From an uncultured Thermoleophilia bacterium (GTDB lineage: Bacteria; Actinomycetota; Thermoleophilia; UBA2241): a stretch of DNA of 64,000 nucleotides. Of this stretch, positions 34,704-42,033 are shown piece by piece. The position numbers and the translations under genes are program-made. Within the stretch, counting starts at the first letter, position 1, and every line of letters begins with the position of its first letter. The notes below the pieces were generated by a model. The model saw only the letters and a program-made list of their open reading frames with translations, did no database searches and was not told where the DNA came from. The stretch is taken from assembly GCA_963713475.1 (NCBI GenBank), contig CAVQLY010000023.1, positions 52,909 to 116,908 of the forward strand. Reading direction: 5' to 3'.

Positions 34704-34715
34704 TAGAGTATTCTA
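34704..34715. promoter_or_regulatory. Back-to-back overlapping -10 boxes for the divergent kinase and CobB-like operons
   Basis: TAGAGTATTCTA reads TAGAGT on the plus strand (80 nt before ATG 34795) and TAGAAT on the minus strand (about 35 nt before ATG 34674). Confidence 0.4.
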
Positions 34716-34794
34716 TCCCGGGCCCCCGGAATCCGCTCTCGAGCGCCTCGACCCCGGCTGCCGCCGGAGCCCGGCCGAAAGGAGGACGCCCGTC

Positions 34795-36174
34795 ATGTCC
34801 GCCCCTCGCCTGGTCGTGTGCGGGCTCGAGCCCGGCCCCGCCGTCGCCTTGGCCGCGGGTGCGCTGCTCGCCGCGTTCGCCGACGAACGCGCCGTCCGGC
34901 CCATCCTCCTCGGCGCCGATCTTCCCATCTGGCGGCTTCTCTACGCCGCATCGGCGCGGGCGCCGCGGGTCCTCGACCCGCGGCTGGTCGACGATGCCGT
35001 GGCCGGCGAGCTGTACGACGCCTGGTCGGCCGACGCCGACCTCACCGTCATCGTCGCCGTCGAGCCGGCGCTCGACCGCTGGGAGGGCGTCAAAGGATCC
35101 CGGCCGGTGGACGTAGCGGCCGCTCTCGACGCTCCGCTCGTCCTCGTCGTCGACGCTCGCGAGCGCGGCGCCACGCCTGCCGCGGCCGCGTGCGGCGTGC
35201 GCATGCTGGCCCGCAACGTGGAGTTCGCCGGCGCGATCGTCGTCGGTGGCGACGATCAGGGCCCGGACAGCGAGCTTCGCCGCATCCTTGAGGAGACCGC
35301 CAAGCTCCCGCTGCTCGGGTGGCTGCCGCCGCAGCTGAGCGAGCAGTTCGCGCGCCAGTTCGGCGGAGGTGGCGGCTCCCTCCGCCAGATCGGGCCTCAG
35401 CCCGTCAAAGGAGGGGAGACGGCGCTGTGCCGCGAGGCGGGCGGCTACCTCGACCGCGAAGCACTGGAGGCCGCGGCGGCGCGGCGCGGCTTCGTGCCGG
35501 CGCGGCAGCGTCGCCTGCTCGTGCCGCTTCCGGCCGCGGCCGGACTCACGCTGGCGGTCGCCTGGGGGCCGCCGCTCGAGCCGTTCGCCCTCGAGGCGAT
35601 CGACCTGTTCAAGGCGATGGGGCTCACCCTCGAGCCACTCCACATCGGCCGCGACCGGACACTGCCGGAGGGTGCTGCAGGGCTGTTCCTCGCCGGCCTC
35701 CTCGACGAGGACGAGCTGCCGGCGTTCGCCGGCAACGACGCGCTCAAGACGTGTCTGGCGGAGGCCATCGACGGGGGGCTGCCGACGCTGGCATTGGGCG
35801 GCGGCGCTCTGCTCCTCCTCCGCCGCCTCGCCGACAGCCGCGGGCGGACCCACGAACTGGCGGGCGTGCTCCCCGCCGAGGCCGAACTCCTCGAGTGGTA
35901 CGAGCGTCCCCGCTACGTGCACGCCGTCGCGGCCCGCGAGAACAGCTATGCCGAGGGGGAGACGACCCTGTACGAGCTCTTCGATCTCGAGTTCCTGACC
36001 CTTCAGCAGGAGGCGTTCGCGTGGCGCGTCGGCGAGCCCGGCGACGAGGGGCAAGTGGAGGGCTTCGTCCACGAGCGCTGCCTGGCGACCACGCTCGTGC
36101 CCTCCCTGCCGGCGACGCCGGCCCTGGCCTCAGGCTTCGTCGCCGCGATGCGACTGGCGGCGCCGGCCGAGTGA
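34795..36174 (+). CDS. CobB/CbiA (cobyrinate a,c-diamide synthase)-like protein with degenerate catalytic motifs
   Basis: ATG lies 8 nt after GGAGGA, inside the 1075-aa track ORF. The protein is colinear with the two-domain CbiA architecture. The P-loop position reads GLEPGPAVA, the glutaminase Cys motif AECGG reads ALGGG, and GHEFH reads YELFD. Confidence 0.5.
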   Translation: MSAPRLVVCGLEPGPAVALAAGALLAAFADERAVRPILLGADLPIWRLLYAASARAPRVLDPRLVDDAVAGELYDAWSADADLTVIVAVEPALDRWEGVKGSRPVDVAAALDAPLVLVVDARERGATPAAAACGVRMLARNVEFAGAIVVGGDDQGPDSELRRILEETAKLPLLGWLPPQLSEQFARQFGGGGGSLRQIGPQPVKGGETALCREAGGYLDREALEAAAARRGFVPARQRRLLVPLPAAAGLTLAVAWGPPLEPFALEAIDLFKAMGLTLEPLHIGRDRTLPEGAAGLFLAGLLDEDELPAFAGNDALKTCLAEAIDGGLPTLALGGGALLLLRRLADSRGRTHELAGVLPAEAELLEWYERPRYVHAVAARENSYAEGETTLYELFDLEFLTLQQEAFAWRVGEPGDEGQVEGFVHERCLATTLVPSLPATPALASGFVAAMRLAAPAE

Positions 36175-37838
36175 GTCCGGCGGTGCTGGAGACCTGGCTG
36201 CGCACGCGGCGCGGCCTGCTCACCCTGTGGCTGACGACGACCGTCGCCGTCGCCCTCGTCACGCTGCTCATGGAGTGGGGCGGCGTCCCGGGCTGGGACG
36301 ACGCCGCGCACGCCTACAAGGTCTTCCTGCTCCGCGGCGGCGACTCCATCTTCTGGGACACCTACTGGTACGGCGGCGGCTACGGCGCCATCACCTACGG
36401 CTTCGTCTTCTACTGGCTCGCCCAGTACGTCTCGGGCGCGCTCATCGTAGTGATCGCCGCCGGCACGCTCCCCGTGACCTTCTACCTCTACGTCCGCGAC
36501 ATGTGGAAGATCGACGACGTCTGGCCCGCCTGGGGCTTCTCGCTGGTGGCGGTGATGTATCTGGCCCACGGCCAGGACCCGTTCGTCCTGGCGCTCGCGC
36601 TCACCATGGGCGGGCTCGCGCTGCTCGCGCGCCGCCGGCCGCTGTTGGCGGCGCTGCCGGTCGCGGTCGGCATCTTCGCCAATCCCATGGGGCTCGTCGT
36701 CGTGGTGCCCTTCATGCTGACCGACATCATCGTGCGGCGAGGGGCGCGGCGGCGGTACCTCCTGTTCGCCGCCGCTCTCGCCCCCGCCGTCATCATCCGG
36801 TTCGGGCTCGGGCTCGCCTTCTCCGAGCCCGGTGACTACCTCAACGAGACCTCGCAGCTCATGGTGTTCCTGGGGTTCGCGCTCGTCGGGCTGGCGCTGG
36901 CCGGCGTGAACGCGGTGCATCCGCGCCGGCCCTTCGCCGTGCTGTTCCTCGTGTACGCCGTCTGCTGCGTCGGTTCGTTCGTCACGCCGGGAAGCCCCCT
37001 GGGCAACAACATCGGCCGCTTCTTCATGGTCTTCGGGCTGCCGCTGCTCCTGCTGCTGCGCCACACGCGGCTGCGGCGGCCGTTCCGCTACGGCGAGCTC
37101 GCCATCATCCCCATCGTGCTCTTCGCGCTGCTGCAGCTCGGGACCGCGACCAGCCACTTCGTGAGCGCGGCCGAGCGGCCGCAGACCACGCGCGCGTACT
37201 TCGCGCCCGCGCTGGCGGCCGCCCGGAGCCTCTACGACCCCAACTACCGGTTCCACATCGTCGCGCTGCGCCGTCACTGGGAGGCGCTGTACTTCCCGGA
37301 GGCCGGGTACCCCATCACCCGCGGCTGGTACCGGCAGGCCGACGCGATCCACAACGGCGTCTTCTACACGCCCTACGCCGCCGCCGACTACGTCGCCTGG
37401 CTGCAGAGCATGGGCGTGCAGTACATCTTCTCGCCGGTCGATGCGCCTCTCGACCCCTGGAGCAAACGGGAGGCGCGGTTCCTCGAGAGCTCGCCGGAGT
37501 TCGTCCTGGTGGACCAGACGGGAGCCTGGCGCATCTACCAGCTGGTCGACGCGAAGCCGCTGCTCGTCCCGCAGCCGGAGACCGCGGGCACGGGCACGGG
37601 CGACGTCATCTCGATCGGGCACCAGCGCATCGTCTTCAGCGTGACGCGGCCCGGCACGTACTGGCTCAAGGTCACCTCGTCGCCCTACTGGGTGCTCGAG
37701 GGGGGGCCGGGAGAGGTACGGCCGCGGCCCGACAGGTTCATGGACCTGCGGCTGGACGCGGCGGGCACCTACACCCTGCGCTTCGACGTGACGCCGGGCA
37801 AGGCCCTGGACATGGCCGCCGGCCGCTTCGGCCTGTAG
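36171..37838 (+). CDS. Polytopic (about 11-12 TM) membrane protein with a C-terminal soluble domain; possibly a GT-C-fold glycosyltransferase-like protein
   Basis: GTG overlaps the preceding stop (GTGA). 555 aa, with an acidic first loop (VPGWDDAAHAYK) as in GT-C enzymes. I recognise no confident family. Confidence 0.6.
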   Translation: MSPAVLETWLRTRRGLLTLWLTTTVAVALVTLLMEWGGVPGWDDAAHAYKVFLLRGGDSIFWDTYWYGGGYGAITYGFVFYWLAQYVSGALIVVIAAGTLPVTFYLYVRDMWKIDDVWPAWGFSLVAVMYLAHGQDPFVLALALTMGGLALLARRRPLLAALPVAVGIFANPMGLVVVVPFMLTDIIVRRGARRRYLLFAAALAPAVIIRFGLGLAFSEPGDYLNETSQLMVFLGFALVGLALAGVNAVHPRRPFAVLFLVYAVCCVGSFVTPGSPLGNNIGRFFMVFGLPLLLLLRHTRLRRPFRYGELAIIPIVLFALLQLGTATSHFVSAAERPQTTRAYFAPALAAARSLYDPNYRFHIVALRRHWEALYFPEAGYPITRGWYRQADAIHNGVFYTPYAAADYVAWLQSMGVQYIFSPVDAPLDPWSKREARFLESSPEFVLVDQTGAWRIYQLVDAKPLLVPQPETAGTGTGDVISIGHQRIVFSVTRPGTYWLKVTSSPYWVLEGGPGEVRPRPDRFMDLRLDAAGTYTLRFDVTPGKALDMAAGRFGL

Positions 37839-37893
37839 ACCGCCGGCGAGACTCCCCGCCCGCGCCGTCGCGTGCTGGGAGTACAATCCGCGC

Positions 37894-38991
37894 ATGTCGC
37901 GCTCACGCCTCGCGCCCGATGTCTTCGCGCTCCCCGTCGACCGCCTCCGGGAGGGCTACTACAGCGACGCCTACTTCAACGGCGCCAAGCGCGTCCTCGA
38001 GGCAAAGGACCTGCATCCGCGCGTGACCATGCAGGTCTTCCAGAAGACGGACGGAGCGGTGCTCGGGGGGATGGACGAGGCTCTGGCCATGTTGCGGCTC
38101 TGCGCGGGATGGTTCGAGGGAGAGGGCGCGACCCGCGTCTGGAACGACGGCTGGGACCAGCTCGTCGTGCACGCGCTCTACGACGGAGACGGACTCTCCG
38201 GCTGGGAGACGGTGCTGACCATCGAGGGCGACTACAGCCTCTTCGCCCACCTGGAGACCGTCTACCTCGGCGCGCTGTCGCGCCGCACGCTCATCAGTAC
38301 GAACGTGCGCCGCGTGGCCGAGGCCGCCTCCGGCAAGCCGATCCTCTTCTTTCCGGCGCGCTTCGACCATTACCGCGTCCAGACCGGCGACGGGTACGCC
38401 GCGCACGTCGCCGGCGCCATCGGGGTCAGCACCGACGCGCAGGCGTCGTGGTGGGGCGGCAAGGGCATCGGCACGGTGCCGCACGCGCTCATCGCCGCCT
38501 ACGGCGGCGACACCGTCGCGGCGGCGACCGCGTTCGCCGACATCCACTACCCCGAGATCAACGTGACGGCGCTGGTGGACTGGGACAACGACTGCGTGGC
38601 CACCAGCCTCGCCTGCGCCCGGGCGCTCGGCGAGCGCCTCTGGGGCGTGCGCCTGGACACGAGCGAGACCATGGTCGACCGCTCGCTCTGGGACGACATG
38701 GGCGCGTTCCGGCCGAACGGCGTGGCGCCCGAACTGGTCCGCGCCGTGCGCCGGGCGCTGGACGCCGAGGGCTTCCGCCACGTCAACATCGTAGTGAGCG
38801 GCGGCTTCGACGCGGAGCGCATCCGCAGCTTCGAGGCGGCCGGCGTGCCGGCCGACGCCTACGGGGTCGGCAGCAGCCTGCTGCGCGGCAACACCGACTT
38901 CACCGCCGACGTCGTCCTGCTGGATGGCCGCCCGTGCGCCAAGGTCGGCCGCCGCTACCGGCCCAATCCGCGGCTCGAGCGCGTGACCTGA
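37894..38991 (+). CDS. Nicotinate phosphoribosyltransferase-like (type II PRTase family)
   Basis: 365 aa beginning YYSDAYFNGAKRVL, with DTSETMVD and VSGGF segments typical of NAPRTase/QAPRTase-type enzymes. TACAAT ends 6 nt before the ATG, suggesting a leaderless transcript. Confidence 0.7.
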   Translation: MSRSRLAPDVFALPVDRLREGYYSDAYFNGAKRVLEAKDLHPRVTMQVFQKTDGAVLGGMDEALAMLRLCAGWFEGEGATRVWNDGWDQLVVHALYDGDGLSGWETVLTIEGDYSLFAHLETVYLGALSRRTLISTNVRRVAEAASGKPILFFPARFDHYRVQTGDGYAAHVAGAIGVSTDAQASWWGGKGIGTVPHALIAAYGGDTVAAATAFADIHYPEINVTALVDWDNDCVATSLACARALGERLWGVRLDTSETMVDRSLWDDMGAFRPNGVAPELVRAVRRALDAEGFRHVNIVVSGGFDAERIRSFEAAGVPADAYGVGSSLLRGNTDFTADVVLLDGRPCAKVGRRYRPNPRLERVT

Positions 38992-39545
38992 TGAGCGGTG
39001 CACCTTCGCAGCCGCACCGTGCGTTCGTCGTCGTCGACATGCTGGTCTGCTTCTGCAGGCGCGGCGCCCTCTACAGCCCGCGCTACGACAGGATGGTGCC
39101 TGAGCTCGTCCGCCGCTTGACCGTGGCGGAGGCCGGCGGCGCCGCACTGGTCTTCCTCGTGGACACGCACACGCGTGACGACCCCGAGTTCGCCATGTTC
39201 CCGGAGCACTGCCTGGAGGGCTCAGGGGAAGACGAGGTGATCGCGGAGCTCACGGGGTTCGCAGAGCGTGGCATGGTCGTGCGCAAGCGCACCTTCTCGG
39301 GGTTCCACGAGACCGAGCTCGAGGCGGTGCTCGAGCGTCTGGCGCCCGACGTGGTGGAGGTCGCCGGCGTCTGCACCGACATCTGCGTCCTGCACACCGT
39401 CGCGGGCCTGCGTGCGCGGGGCTACGAGGTGGTCGTGCACCGGGACCTCGTCGATACGTACGACGCGCCGGGACACGACGCGGAGGAGTTCAATCGCTTC
39501 GCGCTCGCCCACATCCGCGACGTGCTGGGCGCGCGCGTGGAGTGA
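38991..39545 (+). CDS. pncA: Isochorismatase family hydrolase, probably nicotinamidase
   Basis: ATG overlaps the previous stop (TGATG). Has a D..K..C triad with GVCTDICV. The pairing with a NAPRTase-like gene fits NAD salvage. Confidence 0.65.
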   Translation: MSGAPSQPHRAFVVVDMLVCFCRRGALYSPRYDRMVPELVRRLTVAEAGGAALVFLVDTHTRDDPEFAMFPEHCLEGSGEDEVIAELTGFAERGMVVRKRTFSGFHETELEAVLERLAPDVVEVAGVCTDICVLHTVAGLRARGYEVVVHRDLVDTYDAPGHDAEEFNRFALAHIRDVLGARVE

Positions 39546-39603
39546 CGCGGCCTGGTGTGTGGTGTGCCTGGCGGCGCCCCGCACGCCAGCTCGCCTGCGG
39601 TGG

Positions 39604-40257
39604 CTAGTCAGGCTGCGGTGCGCTGGACTCCTGGTCCTCGAGCAGGTCGACGAAGCTCTGCGAGCGCCTGCCCGCGGTCGACGTCGGGTCGATGCGGGCC
39701 GCGGTCTCCCACTGCGCCTTGGCGTCGCCGACCCTCCCGGTCGAGAAGTAGACGATGGCCAGCGAGTAGTGCGCCTCCTGGTCGTCCGGGTGGGCGTCGA
39801 GCACCGAGTGAAGAGCAGTCTCCGCTCGCTTGGAGTCGCCCTGCGCGTGCCACACCATCGCCAGGCCGACCTGCGCCATGGCATTGCCCGGCTCCTGCGC
39901 CAGGGCCTCCGAGTACGACTGCTCCGACTGCTGCAGACGCTGGCTCATGAAGTAGGCCTTGCCGAGGTCGAGCAGCACGGCGACGTCGCCGGGATCCTCG
40001 GCGCGCCGCTTCTCGAGCTGCGCGATGGGGTCGGCGGAGTCGGCGTCCCCATCCGCGTCGGCCTTGGCACTCGGCGCATCCTGGTCGACGGCTACGGAGG
40101 GATGGCCCGACGGGAGAGTGCCCGCGGCCGCGCCGGAGGATGCGCCGCCTGCCGCGTCGGCGGGTTCGCCGCCGCCCGAGTTCATCCCGACGACGACGAC
40201 CGCGGCCGCAACGGCTACGGCGACACCGACGGCGATGAGGGCCTGGGTTCGTCTCAC
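39604..40257 (-). CDS. Membrane-anchored TPR repeat protein
   Basis: GTG at 40257 lies 5 nt after GGAAGGA; the track ORF extends to 40383. Has one TM segment (ALIAVGVAVAVAAAVVVVG), an Asp/Ala-rich linker and three TPR-like repeats. Confidence 0.65.
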   Translation of the reverse strand: MRRTQALIAVGVAVAVAAAVVVVGMNSGGGEPADAAGGASSGAAAGTLPSGHPSVAVDQDAPSAKADADGDADSADPIAQLEKRRAEDPGDVAVLLDLGKAYFMSQRLQQSEQSYSEALAQEPGNAMAQVGLAMVWHAQGDSKRAETALHSVLDAHPDDQEAHYSLAIVYFSTGRVGDAKAQWETAARIDPTSTAGRRSQSFVDLLEDQESSAPQPD

Positions 40258-40496
40258 TCTGGTCCTTCCGTGCGAGGGAGCGCTCGAGGCGCTCACGCAG
40301 GATAGCATCGCCCCGGACCGCTCGCGACCGGGGTTTTGCCCGCAAACCGACACTATCGGCGGAGCGACGGTCGCTCTCTCCAAACCTTAACGGGCGCTTA
40401 ACATCGGTCCGGCAGTCGGTTGACCCGGGACCCGCTCCGAGGATACAGTTCCAAACAGACCGTTTCTGTCCGGTCTCCGACCGAAGGCGAGTGGTT

Positions 40497-40919
40497 ATGG
40501 GACTTCAACTCACACGTGGCGCCGAGTACGCCGTCAGGGCGATGTCGTACCTCGCGCGCTATCCGGAGGGTCACGTCGCGTCGCTGCACGAGATCGGCGA
40601 GGCGCAGGACATCCCCGAGAGCTTCCTGGCGAAGATCCTGCAGAGTCTGGTGCGCGCGGGCCTCACCGTGTCGCAGCGCGGCGCGCACGGCGGTTTCTCC
40701 CTCGCGCGTCCGGCCTCGGAGATCACGATGCAGCAGGTGATCGAGGCCGTCGACGGCCCCATCTCCGTCAATCAGTGCGTACTGAGCCCCGAGGACTGCG
40801 CGCGCAGCGCGTCGTGCTCGGTGCACGAAGCCTGGCTGCGCGCCCAGGGCCAGCTCATGGACGTGCTCGGCTCCATCACCCTCGAGTCGCTGGCTCCCGA
40901 GCCGGCGGCCGTCGGCTGA
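40497..40919 (+). CDS. Rrf2 family transcriptional regulator with three clustered Cys (possible Fe-S ligands)
   Basis: MGLQLTRGAEYAVRAMSYLA..IPESFLAKILQSLVRAGLTVSQRGAHGGFSLAR, then CVLSPEDCARSASC. The track start is GTG 40491. Confidence 0.85.
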   Translation: MGLQLTRGAEYAVRAMSYLARYPEGHVASLHEIGEAQDIPESFLAKILQSLVRAGLTVSQRGAHGGFSLARPASEITMQQVIEAVDGPISVNQCVLSPEDCARSASCSVHEAWLRAQGQLMDVLGSITLESLAPEPAAVG

Positions 40920-40964
40920 CCGCAGCCTGACGCCGGCGCTCGCCGGCTTCTCGACGGTCCGACC

Positions 40965-41940
40965 CTAGCTCTCCGCGTATCCCTCAGGGTGCTCTCGCAT
41001 CCACGCCCACGCGTCGGCGACCGCGTCCGTGAGGCTACGCCGCGGACGCCACTGGAGTCTCCGCCGCCGCCCTCTCGTTGCTCGCCACGAGCACCGGCGG
41101 GTCGCCCGCGCGTCGCGCCGCCGTCTCCCGCAGCAGGCCCAGGCCGGTGACGGCCTCCACGGCGTCGAGCACGGCCTGCACCGAGTCCCCGGTCCCCGTT
41201 CCCAGATTGAACGAGCCCTGGACGCCGGGCAGCGCCTCGAGCGCGGCGATGTGCGCGTCTGCGAGGTCGGCGACGTGGACGTAGTCGCGCACGCAGGTGC
41301 CGTCCGGCGTGGGGTAGTCGTCGCCGAACACGCGGATCGGCGAGCCGTCCCGGGCGGCGCGCAGCGCCAGCGGGATGAGGTGCGACTCGGGGTCGTGGTC
41401 CTCGCCGCAGGCGCCGTGGGCGCCACAGGCGTTGAAATAGCGCAGGGCGGTGGCGGCGAGCCGGCCGCGCGAGCGCGCCTCCTGCAGCAGGCGCTCCGCG
41501 GCGAGCTTGGTCTCGCCGTACGGGTTGGCCGGCGCCAGGGTGTCGCCCTCGTCGATCGGCGTGCGCTTCGGCGCGCCGTAGACGGCGGCCGTGGAACTGA
41601 ACACGAGGCGGCCGGCGCCGGCGGCCGCGGCCGCCTCGATCACGGCCGCCGTCCCGTCCACGTTCACGCTGAAGTAGCGGTCCGGTTCGGCCACCGACTC
41701 GGCGACCTCGGCGAGCGCCGCCATGTGCACGACCGCCTCGGAGCATGCTTCGACGAGGGCGGCGCGTACCGCGTCGGCGTCGCGGACGTCGCCGCGGACC
41801 AGAGGCACGCCGTCGGGGACCGCGGCGGCGTGCCCGCGAGACAGGTCGTCGTAGACGACCACGTCGTGGCCGCGCGCCGCGAGGCGCGCGACGATCACAC
41901 TGCCGATGTAGCCGGCTCCGCCGGTGACGAGGACACGCAT
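40965..41940 (-). pseudogene. galE: UDP-glucose 4-epimerase with an apparent 1-nt frameshift near the 3' end
   Basis: MRVLVTGGAGYIGS.., YGETK and YFNACGA lie in frame 41035..41940, which ends ..ASNERAAAETPVASAA*. The conserved C-terminus LQWRPRRSLTDAVADAWAWMREHPEGYAES lies in the adjacent frame ending at 40965. The shift is near 41059. Confidence 0.8.
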
Positions 41941-42033
41941 GCGGCGATGCTATCAGCCGGAGACGAGAAGGGGGCGGGGCGGCCGAATGGCCGCCCCGCC
42001 CCCTTCGCAGTCACATCGTCGTGACGTGCCGGG

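Noticed and set aside
32947-36072. The mutually antisense giant ORFs 32836..36072(-, 1078 aa) and 32947..36174(+, 1075 aa).
   Set aside because: Only the histidine kinase part (32836..34674) and the CobB-like part (34795..36174) show domain signatures, RBSs and high GC3. The remainders are shadow frames of each other.
35319-36170. The 5' extension of ORF 35319..37838(+).
   Set aside because: The extension is Arg-rich junk overlapping the CobB-like gene in another frame. The membrane protein starts at the GTGA-coupled GTG at 36171.
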